Assembly (NCBI GenBank): GCA_963737635.1
Contig: CAVTTL010000001.1
Span: forward strand, 608,001 to 672,000
DNA length: 64,000 nt
Reading direction: 5' to 3'
Origin: an uncultured Methanoregulaceae archaeon
GTDB lineage: Archaea > Halobacteriota > Methanomicrobia > Methanomicrobiales > Methanospirillaceae
The notes under the pieces were generated by a model. It saw only the letters and a list, made by a program, of their open reading frames with translations, was not told where the DNA came from and ran no database searches. Below are positions 23,385 through 33,471 of the stretch, in pieces. The first letter of the stretch is position 1. Each line of letters opens with the position of its first letter. The position numbers and the translations under genes are program-made.

Positions 23385-23846
23385 TTACTGGCCTCCTTCT
23401 TTGGTCTTCTTGACACCGACGGTCATGCCGGTTCTGCCGGTCGACTTGGTGCGCTGCCCGCGGACTTTTTGGCCGGTCTCGTGACGGATGCCCTTGTAGC
23501 AGCGGATCTTCCTCATCATGTTGATGTCTTCGTCACGGGCAAGCGCGACATCGCCACCGATGAGGTGCTTATTCTCACCAGTGTAGAGGTCTTTTGGCCG
23601 GTTTGCCATCCACATCGGGATGTTCCCGGCGTACTTCTCAACCGCGCCGCGGATCCGGTTAACAGACTCCTCATCAAGGAGGCCGAGCTTTGCGTATTCA
23701 TCAACATTTGCCATTCGGGAGATGACCGTGGAGGTATGCCTGCCGACACCCTTGATGCCAGTCAATGCTACCCGCACCGATTTCGTGCCATCCAGATCGG
23801 TCGTGCCGACCCGTACAAAATATCTTATTTCTTCTTCTTGAGCCAT
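23385..23846 (-). CDS. rps13: 30S ribosomal protein S13
   Basis: [27 protein letters not shown]. Confidence 0.97.
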   Translation of the reverse strand: MAQEEEIRYFVRVGTTDLDGTKSVRVALTGIKGVGRHTSTVISRMANVDEYAKLGLLDEESVNRIRGAVEKYAGNIPMWMANRPKDLYTGENKHLIGGDVALARDEDINMMRKIRCYKGIRHETGQKVRGQRTKSTGRTGMTVGVKKTKEGGQ

Positions 23847-23881
23847 CCAATCCCCTCGATTTTGAGATTATCTCTTTGAAG

Positions 23882-23966
23882 CGCTGAGGGAGGGATTTGA
23901 ACCCTCGAGTCCCAAGGGGACACAGGTTTAGCAAACCTGCGCCATACCAGGCTTGGCTACCTCAAC
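23882..23966 (-). tRNA. tRNA-Ser(GCT)
   Basis: GTTGAGG...CAGGT TT-GCT-AA ACCTG, long variable arm (GTCCC CTT GGGAC), GAGGG TTCAAAT CCCTC, CCTCAGC-G. Confidence 0.95.
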
Positions 23967-24333
23967 AGAGGAATCTCGCATCTTCTCAGACACTCGCAAC
24001 GGATAATCCGCTGCTCCATGAATGGTGCTTTATACTATGGTGGGGGAGGGATAATAAGTGTTGTGGGAGCTGACACTTCACCGAGCTCTTTTCGCACCTG
24101 ACGGGAAAACGTGTGTACCAGACCGACAATCTTGGAACAGTCCCCGAATTAGGTCAGAACGTCAGATGATTTCCATTCAACCGGTTAGTACTTTGAGATA
24201 CCTTAGAATAACCAATTTTGTCTTTTTTCTTGAGTCATTATATTCTTTCGTATGTTTTCTCAGTGATACTGATAAATTTCAGCAGCCCACACAATCCTTA
24301 TTAGCGCATCCTTACTGTCTTAGATGATCATCC

Positions 24334-24901
24334 ATGGAACATCCCGCACTGCTGATTATAGATATGCAGAACGATTTTGTCCGTGAGGGGGCACCGCTCC
24401 GGGTCGCCCAGGCAAACGACGTCATCCCGAAGATCCGGGACGTACTCGCCTTTTTCCGGTCAAAGAAGTTCCCGGTCTTCCATATCCTGAGGATACACCG
24501 GAGCGATGGGTCCGATGTTGAGATCACCCGGAAAGATCTTTTTCAGCCGGCACTCGTTCGCCGTTGCCGGGACACCGGGAGCGCAGGAGATCGATGAATT
24601 GACACCGATTTCAGGAGAATACGTAATCGAAAAAACCCGGATGAGTGCATTCATCGGAACCGAACTCGATCTCATGCTCCGCACTCTCGGCATTACTGTG
24701 CTGGTTGTGACCGGAGTCCAGACCCCCAACTGCATCCGTACAACGATTTTTGACGCCGTTGCATACAACTACCCAGCGATCCTCATAGAAGATGCGACGG
24801 GTGCACAATCGGAGGAGATCCACCGGGCAAACCTTCGCGATATAGCGAACATCGGCATCAGTGTCGTGAACGCAGAGTCGCTGATCAAGAGCCTGAAATA
24901 G
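24334..24901 (+). CDS. Isochorismatase-family cysteine hydrolase, +1 frameshift near 24541
   Basis: [11 protein letters not shown]; [20 protein letters not shown] in the second frame. Confidence 0.88.
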
Positions 24902-24941
24902 TCAATCCTCGATACCTGCAAAACCACAAGGGAAATCTCGA

Positions 24942-25715
24942 ATGTTGTCTGGATCCGAACTTGCACTTGCAGGGCTTGCAGGCGCCGCTGCGGGCATGGC
25001 AAACGCCCTCGCCGGCGGGGGCACCCTGATCTCGTTTCCGGCACTCGTGGCACTCGGTGTCCCCGAGGTTGTGGCAAACATCACTAACACGGTCGCCCTC
25101 TGCCCTGGCTACTTTGGAGGTGCACTGGCCCAGAGGAAAGATCTTGTGGGACAAAAAAAAAGGCTGGTGTTGCTCATCCCGGCTGGGATCATCGGCGGAC
25201 TTGCCGGGGGCATTCTCCTCTTGTATGTCAGCGAACAGGTCTTCCACCTGCTCGTCCCGTTTCTGATCCTCCTTGCCGCCACATTGCTTGCGGTCCAGGA
25301 CCGGGTCCGCGATTGGATCCACCAGCATATCGGACACGACGGCACTGATTATAAAGGATGCAGGAATGCAGCCCTCCCTATCGGCCTCGCAGCAGTCTAC
25401 GGCGGGTATTTTGGGCCGGGGCTCTCCGTGATCAACCTCGCAGTGCTCGGACTCTTCCTCGATGACACGCTCACCCGGCTCAACGCGCTCAAGCAGTGCA
25501 TATCACTTGCCACCAATGTCGCCGCTGCAGTCTTTTTCCTCTTCTCCGGGCTCATAATCTGGCCGCTTGCGCTCGTGATGGCGGCAGGGGCCCTCTTCGG
25601 AGGAGCGATCGGCGGGAATGTGGCAGGCAGGATTGATCCGGGCCGGCTCCGGTGGACTATTGTCGTCATCGGAACAGCAGTTGGGCTCTATTATCTGATC
25701 CGGTTGTTCATGTAA
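24942..25715 (+). CDS. TauE/SafE (sulfite exporter-like) membrane protein
   Basis: [24 protein letters not shown]; about 8 TM segments. Confidence 0.9.
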   Translation: MLSGSELALAGLAGAAAGMANALAGGGTLISFPALVALGVPEVVANITNTVALCPGYFGGALAQRKDLVGQKKRLVLLIPAGIIGGLAGGILLLYVSEQVFHLLVPFLILLAATLLAVQDRVRDWIHQHIGHDGTDYKGCRNAALPIGLAAVYGGYFGPGLSVINLAVLGLFLDDTLTRLNALKQCISLATNVAAAVFFLFSGLIIWPLALVMAAGALFGGAIGGNVAGRIDPGRLRWTIVVIGTAVGLYYLIRLFM

Positions 25716-25776
25716 GAATCGCCTGCCTGATCCCGCATTGAACGAAAGAAAGAAAAGGATGGGTCATACCTGCCAT

Positions 25777-26553
25777 TTAAAGGGCCTTGATCAGTGACCG
25801 ACGGGTCACCAGGCCGGCCAGCTTTCCATTATCGATGATCGGCACCGTGCTGATATTCTTTGCGACCATGAGGTCGACTATCTCATGATAACCTGCACCG
25901 GTCTTAAGTGAGATCAGCGGGGCGCTCATAATGTCCCGGACAAGCAGGTTGCGGATCTGGTGATCTTGGTAATGATCTTTTACCGTCTCCCGGAACTTCC
26001 GCATCGCAACCGCCACATCGGTCTCGGTCACCATCCCAGCGATCTTATCATTTGCGGTCACAACAAACCGGGAGATCGCATCGTCCAGCATCCGGCGCCG
26101 AAGATGGACGACCCGCTCCTCGGCATCAATCGTGACCGCCCGCTCAATCGCCCCCATTATACTGCCTTCGTACGGGTATTTCTTCAACAGGTCGATGGCA
26201 GTCACCTGACCGATCAGGTTGTGGTCACCGTCGTACACAACCACCAATTTGTACCGCTGGAGCAGGGGAACAAGCACATTTATACTCTCATCTGGATAGA
26301 CACTCGTGAAATCCTCTTCGACCACGCTTGCTACATGGAAGGCAGCCGGCGCGAGCGCCGTGTTTTGCTTGCTACCCAGCTTCTCAGCAATCGCCTCCCG
26401 GGATACCGTTCCGACAACAGACGTGTTGTTGAGCGCGATGAGAGGATCGATTCCTTCGTCCAGCATCTTGTCGAGCGCCTCGGTGATTTTTGCAGATTTG
26501 GATATGGTCGTTGGCTTTGCCATGATATCCTTAATAAACAGTTCTTTTGTCAT
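25777..26553 (-). CDS. CBS-domain protein (4 CBS)
   Basis: IKDIMAKP, GMVTETDV, VRDIMSAP, GLVTRRSLI. Confidence 0.9.
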   Translation of the reverse strand: MTKELFIKDIMAKPTTISKSAKITEALDKMLDEGIDPLIALNNTSVVGTVSREAIAEKLGSKQNTALAPAAFHVASVVEEDFTSVYPDESINVLVPLLQRYKLVVVYDGDHNLIGQVTAIDLLKKYPYEGSIMGAIERAVTIDAEERVVHLRRRMLDDAISRFVVTANDKIAGMVTETDVAVAMRKFRETVKDHYQDHQIRNLLVRDIMSAPLISLKTGAGYHEIVDLMVAKNISTVPIIDNGKLAGLVTRRSLIKAL

Positions 26554-26881
26554 TTCGCCACTTCCTTTTATGATACCATCACGTTTTGAAACCCCACAAA
26601 GGTGTTGTGTTCAACGACAGCAAGGTTATTGACCTGTTCGCTGTGCACCATGCGACCGCGTACTGAAGTGTACTCACCGGCGCAACCGTTACCACATGGA
26701 CAAGCGAGTGCCAGTGGTTGACTGTCACTGCATCCTCCATCACGTCCCGTACCGTACCACGCAGGCCGGAAACAGGGGCGGATTTCATCAGATCGCTTTT
26801 CGTTACTATACCGGTAACCATGCCATGATCCATTACCAAGCTGCTCATGATGTCGCTTGCAGTAAGGGTGGTGGCTGGCAT
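26550..26881 (-). pseudogene. Internally deleted CBS-domain gene remnant
   Basis: TASDIMSS / GIVTKSDLM / TVRDVM / VTVAP...QVNNLAVVE...KRDGII spread over several frames; only about 110 codons against 250-310 aa for its 4-CBS neighbours; stop still overlaps the next ATG. Confidence 0.75.
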
Positions 26882-26886
26882 GAGAC

Positions 26887-27831
26887 TTACTCCTCGGAAA
26901 ATGCCCGCACGAGATCAAATTCTGTAACGAGCCCCACAAGGCGTGAGTTTTCGATAACCGGCAACGCTCCGATGTTTTTGTGGAGCATCTCGCGGGCAGC
27001 TTCGTTGATGGGCGTTCCCGGGGTGGTAGTGAACAGGCTGCCGGCCATAAGCGTGCGCACCGGGAGGTTCATGACCTCTGCGACATTCCCGGTGACGAGA
27101 CGGGAGAAAACCTCCCTGCTACCAAGATACCGCATAATGTCGGTTGCCGTGATGATACCAAAAAGCACGTCATCACTTACCACAGGAAGGCGGCGGAACC
27201 GGAACCGTGTCATGTCTTTTGTGACAACTGCTATCGGGCTATCCGGGTCGGTCACCCGAAGGGGAGAACTCATCACATCTCCGATTAAGAGTGGGCTGTG
27301 TTCGGCGGCAAGCATCCTGAGTACGTCCCTCTCCGTCAGGATACCGGTTAAGGTACCTTGGTTATCAACAATGGGCAGCCCACCGATCTTTTTGCCCACA
27401 ATAATCCTGAGCGCATCGACAATGTGGGCATCATGCGAAAGCACTTCGGGTTTTGCAGTCATAATCGTGCGAACGCTCTCATTGACCGCTGCAGGAAAGT
27501 TGCCGTTATGCCTGATACTGACGAGACGGTACTTGTCACCTCCACCCATGAAATTGATCACATCACCTGAGGTGACGATCCCCCGGAGCTTCTTTGTCCC
27601 GGCATCGGTGACGGGCAACCGGCGGAACCCGCATTCCGTCATCATCGCCACTGCGCTAATGATGCTTTGCGTCGGCGGCACGGACAGAACATCACGTGTC
27701 GCGATTGACATCACCTCGCCTTCCTGCTGTACTATATGGGATTTGAACTCGACCGGGCCCCGGTCGAGTTTTCCCCGCATTTTCAGAAGCCGGTCGCCCT
27801 GTTTGGCGGCAGCCTGCCCGTTCCGGTACAT
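26887..27831 (-). CDS. CBS-domain protein (4 CBS)
   Basis: FRRLPV twice, IGGLPIV, IGALPV, GLVTEFDLV. Confidence 0.92.
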   Translation of the reverse strand: MYRNGQAAAKQGDRLLKMRGKLDRGPVEFKSHIVQQEGEVMSIATRDVLSVPPTQSIISAVAMMTECGFRRLPVTDAGTKKLRGIVTSGDVINFMGGGDKYRLVSIRHNGNFPAAVNESVRTIMTAKPEVLSHDAHIVDALRIIVGKKIGGLPIVDNQGTLTGILTERDVLRMLAAEHSPLLIGDVMSSPLRVTDPDSPIAVVTKDMTRFRFRRLPVVSDDVLFGIITATDIMRYLGSREVFSRLVTGNVAEVMNLPVRTLMAGSLFTTTPGTPINEAAREMLHKNIGALPVIENSRLVGLVTEFDLVRAFSEE

Positions 27832-28067
27832 GAATAAACCCCTCTTTCTGCTTGCCCGGACCGAATAACATCCGCCTCCTCTTTAAAGAAAGGATGGTAT
27901 GCGTTCCAGCGAATACATCGCACTTTCTTCTTTTCCGGCCCGTGTGATTTTTGAAGTGCTTTTGTCCAAATTGTTTTCTGTACAAGGAAACTGATTAATG
28001 GGTTTGTACGGTTATGTTCGTTCCATACCAATCCCATCGTCTCCAGTTTTTCAGGACCGATGTCATA

Positions 28068-28817
28068 TCATATCAGTCCGGCAAGGATATCATGGCGGTC
28101 AATGATTCCGATCATGTCATCTTTTTCGATAACAGGAAGCCGGCTCACATCGTGATCGACCATAAGGCGTGCCGCTTCGGATAATGGTGCCCCACTTGCG
28201 ACCGCAATCACCTCTTTTGTCATCGTGTCTCCAACCGTCTTTGTGCCGTTCTGGGCAATAGCTGACCGCACGCCTCCTGACTTTATCAGGTCCCTGCGGG
28301 AGATAAGTCCCACGAGACGACGTTTCCTGATCACCGGGAATGCCGTGAACCCGCTTTCTACGATCTTTGCGTAAATCTGCTGGAGCGTGTCAGCTGGATC
28401 CGCGGTCGTAATCCGTGTTGACATGCGAGAGCGTACCAACCCGGAAAGCTCGTTCCTGGAGATAATAACCGGGAACAGATCGGATAAGAGTACCCCTCCC
28501 ATGATACGGCGGCATGAATCGGTTATCACTGCGCTGTCCGTGGAAAATTCCCGCATACCTTTTGCGAGGCACTCGATAGATGTTTCAGGCCCTGCGCTAG
28601 CAGCATCCTTGACAAAACCTTCAACAGTTATGTTCGATTTTGTCGCCGTCACCCGCAAAGCATCGGTTATATCGATATATCCCAGCAAGTCTTTTTTTAC
28701 CCCGGTGATGTAGATCTCGCGGAACCGGTCATCTCTTAAGATCTGCCGTGCCTTTGTTATCCCGTCATGATAGGTAAGCACAGGAATCTCAAGCATGAAA
28801 TCCCGTGCCGTTTTCAT
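28068..28817 (-). CDS. CBS-domain protein (4 CBS)
   Basis: TARDFM, FTAFPV, VSRLPV, GIIDRHDIL. Confidence 0.9.
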   Translation of the reverse strand: MKTARDFMLEIPVLTYHDGITKARQILRDDRFREIYITGVKKDLLGYIDITDALRVTATKSNITVEGFVKDAASAGPETSIECLAKGMREFSTDSAVITDSCRRIMGGVLLSDLFPVIISRNELSGLVRSRMSTRITTADPADTLQQIYAKIVESGFTAFPVIRKRRLVGLISRRDLIKSGGVRSAIAQNGTKTVGDTMTKEVIAVASGAPLSEAARLMVDHDVSRLPVIEKDDMIGIIDRHDILAGLI

Positions 28818-29380
28818 GTAAGGGTGTCCTCCTCCCGACAGCTGGGGCAGAGGAGGACACTATCCACCCGCTTAAGATCATCAGACATCTGACTGCATCG
28901 GCTGCACATACCCACTTCGATGTGGTCCTCGCGGTTAATCTCAATGAGATCGGTCAGGAGCTCATTTTGCTCGTTGGATATGGTCAGGAGGTCTCTCACG
29001 GTCACAATACCGATAACCTTACCTTTCTTATCGACCACGGGAAGTCTTCTGACCTTGTGCTTGACCATCATCTGGGCTGCGTCGACTACCGTCTTGTCCG
29101 CACTCACCGTGATGAGTGGCGTACTCATGATCGTACTTACCTGAACTGTGCTTGGCTTGAGATCCTTTGCCACCACTTTGCAATTGATATCCTCCTCGGT
29201 AACAATGCCGATTGGCTCGTTCTTCCGGAGGATGATTACGCTCCCGACTTCTTCACGGCACATGGCTCTTGCCGCTTTTGCTACATTTTCCTCTATGCTG
29301 ATCATGTTCGGGTTGCGTTTCATCACATCGCTCAACGGGACGCGGGTTTCAAACCGGATCGTGTTGGTTGTCTTTTTCAT
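28814..29380 (-). CDS. CBS-pair protein with C-terminal Cys4 zinc ribbon
   Basis: Two CBS domains then GMCSRC...LLCPSC. Confidence 0.9.
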   Translation of the reverse strand: MKKTTNTIRFETRVPLSDVMKRNPNMISIEENVAKAARAMCREEVGSVIILRKNEPIGIVTEEDINCKVVAKDLKPSTVQVSTIMSTPLITVSADKTVVDAAQMMVKHKVRRLPVVDKKGKVIGIVTVRDLLTISNEQNELLTDLIEINREDHIEVGMCSRCSQMSDDLKRVDSVLLCPSCREEDTLT

Positions 29381-29631
29381 GAGTCACCTCCTTGAAGTGC
29401 CTGGCTGATGATTACAATTAGCATCCTTTCCGCCCCTTGTATAAATAGAATGTGGCAGTGGCATATGCCCATGCGGCCGGGTAATAACAATGCAATTCCG
29501 GAGGGTACATTACACGAATCTCCAGACGGGCATTCACAAGAAACATAATAAAGAATCCTTTCCAAACACTACTAGCAGTTGGTGGTAAACCGGTTATACC
29601 GGCCTGCCGTTTAAACAAAAAGAGGGGCCCT

Positions 29632-30285
29632 ATGACGACATTTTCAAAGACATTGGGGAATGCAAAGAAGAGATTTTCCCTATTTCTCAAGCGGTTTTTC
29701 AAGAAGAAGCGAACCAGGATCGGGATTTACGGGCCGCCAAACGCCGGGAAAACGACTCTCGCAAACCGTATTGCCCGGGACTGGACCGGAGACGCGGTCG
29801 GACCGGTAAGCGAGATACCACACGAGACCAGAAGGGCACGCAAGCGGGAAGATATCGTAATCACCGGGGCAAACGGGCATACCGTAACTATCGACATTGT
29901 CGATACTCCCGGGGTAACAACTAAGATCGATTATCATGAATTTCTCGATTTTGGGATGGAGAAAGACGAGGCGATTATCCGGGCCCGGGAAGCGACCGAG
30001 GGGGTCGCGGAGGCAATGCACTGGCTCCGCGAAGATATCGATGGTGTTATCTACATGCTGGATTCGACGCTCGATCCCTTTATGCAGGTCAATATTATGA
30101 TGGTTGGAATCATTGAAAGCAGGAAGTTGCCGGTGATCATTGTTGCCAACAAGATCGACCTACCCGATGCAGCGCCGGCCCGGATTCGTAGCGCTTTTCC
30201 CCAGCACCCTGTCGTTGCAATATCAGGTCTTGAGGGCAGAAACACGGAAGAGCTGTACGAGAAGATGATTCAGAACTTTGCCTGA
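29632..30285 (+). CDS. Small Era-like GTPase, OapA/ArvA family
   Basis: GPPNAGKTT (G1), IPHETR, DTPG (G3), NKID (G4); basic/aromatic N-terminus; followed by a DUF2072-like gene. Confidence 0.88.
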   Translation: MTTFSKTLGNAKKRFSLFLKRFFKKKRTRIGIYGPPNAGKTTLANRIARDWTGDAVGPVSEIPHETRRARKREDIVITGANGHTVTIDIVDTPGVTTKIDYHEFLDFGMEKDEAIIRAREATEGVAEAMHWLREDIDGVIYMLDSTLDPFMQVNIMMVGIIESRKLPVIIVANKIDLPDAAPARIRSAFPQHPVVAISGLEGRNTEELYEKMIQNFA

Positions 30286-30300
30286 TTACGAGGGGAAATC

Positions 30301-30714
30301 ATGCCACACAAGTGCACCAAATGCGGCAGGGAATACAAGGACGGATCTACTGAGATCCTCAAAGGATGTGCAGACTGCGGCGGCAAGAAGTTCCTTTACG
30401 TAAAGGAATCCGAGATCAACAAGGATGTATTCGAAGAGAAGACGATCGAGGAGATTGCGGGAGAGTCAAAAGAAGAAGTACTCGAAGTTGTCGAACCCGA
30501 AATGAAGGGTAAGGCGAAAAAAGAAGTCGAGATGTTTGACCGTGTTGAGACGATCCGGATCGTCGGCCCGGGATCCTACGAGCTCAACATCGATAAGATG
30601 GCCAAGAGCGATGAGCGGATCGTGAGCGTTGGCGGCGAAGATGGCAGTTACATCATCGATCTTATGTCCATGGCAAAGGACGAACCAAAAAAGAAGAGGG
30701 CAAAGAAACGGTAA
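30301..30714 (+). CDS. Zn-ribbon protein, DUF2072/OapC(ArvC)-like
   Basis: MPHKCTKCG...ILKGCADCGGKKFLY; VETIRIVGPGSYELNI; GSYIIDL. Confidence 0.85.
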   Translation: MPHKCTKCGREYKDGSTEILKGCADCGGKKFLYVKESEINKDVFEEKTIEEIAGESKEEVLEVVEPEMKGKAKKEVEMFDRVETIRIVGPGSYELNIDKMAKSDERIVSVGGEDGSYIIDLMSMAKDEPKKKRAKKR

Positions 30715-30757
30715 TATATCCCGGAGTAACCGGAACCTTTCCATTTTTAACCGGTGT

Positions 30758-31504
30758 TTACCGGCTCGCCAGTTCGTCCCGGATTCCCTCGTATGGGGCG
30801 GGAAGCCCAAGATCCCGGAAAAACCGGTCAGTAAACGACAGACTCGTTTTTACCGCCCATTCAGCACAACCATGCCCAAGGCACCGATCCGGGAAAAATG
30901 GAAGTTTTTTCGGAGCAAGAGGGTTTTCGGCAAACCGGTTTTTCAAAAGCCGTTCAAATTTTTCTGCGTGCGTCTCGTGATGGACACCAGCCGCCTGGCC
31001 GGTCTGGATGATCACCCATTCGCGCCGGTAGTGCATCAGGTAGTTTCGGATCCCGATCAGGTCCCTGATACCGGAGAAATCCGGGTCATCTTCTCCAAAC
31101 AACGGTTTTTGGCCTATCTCGAGGATCTTCTGGTATTTTTCCGGCAGCGGAGTCCGGTCAAAATAGTTCTCGTTCTTCCATTTCTCACCTATCGCCCGCA
31201 ACAAGGCCTCAGTTGAATTATCAGAAAAGAAGTACGCGTTATCCGCAGCGTCGGACCATAGTTCATTTATCGTAGATTCGAGGAACGCAACCGTAGAAAA
31301 AAGAGCATTGAGAATAAATGCCTCATGCCTGATGCGATGCTCTGAAGAGAGAGAGCCGGTCTTGGTAAATTCTTGTTCCAAGTTATACCCGAGCACGCAG
31401 AGAAGCGCTGCTGATTGGATATAACGGACTGAAAAACAGTCCCGGAACCGGATGACAATCCCCTCGGGAAGTTCCCGGTGTTGTCTTTCCATTGTACTTC
31501 CCAT
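30758..31504 (-). CDS. Hypothetical protein with HEPN-like RxxxxH motif
   Basis: 248-aa ORF with helical character; AFLESTINE and LIGIRNYLMHY motifs. Confidence 0.7.
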   Translation of the reverse strand: MGSTMERQHRELPEGIVIRFRDCFSVRYIQSAALLCVLGYNLEQEFTKTGSLSSEHRIRHEAFILNALFSTVAFLESTINELWSDAADNAYFFSDNSTEALLRAIGEKWKNENYFDRTPLPEKYQKILEIGQKPLFGEDDPDFSGIRDLIGIRNYLMHYRREWVIIQTGQAAGVHHETHAEKFERLLKNRFAENPLAPKKLPFFPDRCLGHGCAEWAVKTSLSFTDRFFRDLGLPAPYEGIRDELASR

Positions 31505-31649
31505 TTCTGTTTCGTACGGTAAAAAAGATACGGAGTCCGACGCGGATTCGGGTGGCCGGAGGCATCAGGGTGAAACTGCCCGGTTATAGATATCCTTAAT
31601 ATTTGCAGGAGTCAATAAGAGAATAGCACTTTTTATAGGGTGCTGACAG

Positions 31650-31744
31650 ATGTAAGTCCGACGTGCCATTTCAGGCACGGCCTCAAACATGGCTTTGGGA
31701 TTACAGAGAGTCAGTAAACGTACTGCACTTTTCTGGACTTACAT
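31650..31744 (+). ncRNA. Structured 5' leader of rps15 (putative S15 ribosomal leader)
   Basis: 10-bp closing stem ATGTAAGTCC/GGACTTACAT enclosing hairpins CGTGCC-ATTTCA-GGCACG and CAGTA-AACG-TACTG, between a TTTTATA box (about 31631) and the GGAGG RBS. Confidence 0.7.
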
Positions 31745-31766
31745 TACCGTAACAGGAGGTATAATT

Positions 31767-32226
31767 ATGGCACGAATGCACGCCAGAAGAAGAGGAAAAT
31801 CAAGCTCTGTGCGGCCTGCGCGAAAAGAAGCGCCAGTGTGGTCCAACACGGACAAGGCAGCGATCGAGAAACTTATTGTCGATCTCCGCAAGGAAGGCAC
31901 ATCAGGCAGTATGATTGGTCTGATCCTGCGGGACCGCTACGGCGTCCCGGATGTCAAGATGATCACCGGAAAACGTATCGGCGATATCTTAAAAGAGAAC
32001 AAGGTGGGCTCCGAGATCCCCGAAGATCTTCGTGACCTCATGATAAAAGCGCTCGGGCTGCGGAAGCACTTGGGAGACAACGCTAAGGACCTGCACAACA
32101 AAAGGCAGCTCCACCTTGTCGAAGCCAAGATCCGCCGTCTCGTGAAGTACTATACCGGCACCAAAAAGCTGCCCGCAGACTTCACCTACAGAGCCGGAGA
32201 ACGCTGAGATCCTATTGTCCAGATAA
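31767..32226 (+). CDS. rps15: 30S ribosomal protein S15 (uS15), +1 frameshift near 32191
   Basis: MARMHARRRGKSSS, IPEDL, EAKIRRLVKYY; removing one base restores ...YKPENAEILLSR*. Confidence 0.95.
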
Positions 32227-32247
32227 CTACAGATATGTCGTTCAAGG

Positions 32248-33471
32248 GTGCCCATGTCGCTTGAAGAAGCCGCAAAAACCGTCGCGGATCAGATCCGCCG
32301 TCAGCAGTTCGTTGAAGTGTACGCACACCATGATGCCGACGGTATCGCAGCTGGTGCTATTCTCTGCCATGCGATGCTCAGGGCGGGCATACAGTTCCGG
32401 ATGAGAGTCTGCGCCGAAGTCCCTTCCGCCAGTCTTTCCCACGACACGGCCTCGCTTCTGTGCGATCTTGGGTCCGGCAGGGAGGATCTGCCCCCGGAAA
32501 CGATGGTGGTGGACCACCACCTGCCAGTGTTTTCCGGCCAGTTCCATGTAAACCCCAGGCTTGAAAAGATCGATGGCGACCGGGAGCTTTCCGCCGCCGG
32601 CGCTGCATATCTCGTCGCCCAGGAAATAGGGGACAACCGCGATCTTGCCGGCCTCGTCATACCCGGTATCATCGGCGACAGCCAGGAATTTGCCGGCAAA
32701 AACCTTGAGATCTTCAACGAAAGCGTTGCAAACGGGATCATTGTCCCAGACAAGGGCGTGACCCTTGCCGGCCGCGACATGACAGAGAAGTGGTTGCTCG
32801 CAACCCGCCCGTATCTCGACGGTATCAGCGGCGACGATTCGGCCGTCGCTGACCTGCTCTCCGGGGCACTAGGAGAAAAGGGCCTGCGCACCGATGTTCT
32901 GATGAGCCTTGCAGTGCTTAAGTCCTCACCAGATACACCCGCTGACAGCCTTATGCTGCTCTACGGTGACACCATCCACCTCCAGCGCGAAGTAATTGAG
33001 GATGCCCATGCTCTTACTGCCGTTATTGACGCCTGCGGCAAATCCGGCCATGGCGACCTTGCAGTTGCACTCTGCCTACGGTCATCGGCCGAGATCGGCG
33101 ACGCTTGGGAAGCCGCCCGGAGGCATTACCTCGCAGTGATCAGTGCGCTCAAAACGGTGCACACTGTACAGGGTAGCGATGCGATCTATGAGTGTGGGGA
33201 TGCATCCCTTGCAAGTGATATTGCCGATGTACTCGCCAGGGACCGGGTGCACCTGACACCGGTGCTCGTCTATGCACGCACCGGGGAAGACTGCCGGGTC
33301 TCGGTACGTCTGCCCCATAACGTCAGGGGCGATCTCGGACCGCTTGTGCGGAACCTCGCCGCAGCATGTGGCGGAAACGGCGGAGGTCACCATACAAGGG
33401 CAGGGGCAACTATTCCTTGTGATCGGTTGGAGGCATTCGTGAAGGGATGGCAGGAGGGGATAACTGCATGA
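32248..33471 (+). CDS. DHH/DHHA1 family (RecJ-like) protein
   Basis: HHDADGIAAG, CDLGS, VDHH, GGNGGGHHTRAGA; conserved rps15-DHH-pcc1-rps3ae context. Confidence 0.9.
   Translation: MPMSLEEAAKTVADQIRRQQFVEVYAHHDADGIAAGAILCHAMLRAGIQFRMRVCAEVPSASLSHDTASLLCDLGSGREDLPPETMVVDHHLPVFSGQFHVNPRLEKIDGDRELSAAGAAYLVAQEIGDNRDLAGLVIPGIIGDSQEFAGKNLEIFNESVANGIIVPDKGVTLAGRDMTEKWLLATRPYLDGISGDDSAVADLLSGALGEKGLRTDVLMSLAVLKSSPDTPADSLMLLYGDTIHLQREVIEDAHALTAVIDACGKSGHGDLAVALCLRSSAEIGDAWEAARRHYLAVISALKTVHTVQGSDAIYECGDASLASDIADVLARDRVHLTPVLVYARTGEDCRVSVRLPHNVRGDLGPLVRNLAAACGGNGGGHHTRAGATIPCDRLEAFVKGWQEGITA

Noticed and set aside
23882-25715. Integrated element at tRNA-Ser or tRNA-Pro
   Set aside because: No integrase and no duplicated tRNA 3' end were seen; both tRNAs lie within or at the head of the conserved operon
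29381-29631. Replication origin next to the oapA-like gene
   Set aside because: No orc1/cdc6 gene, and no evident ORB repeats or extended AT-rich unwinding element
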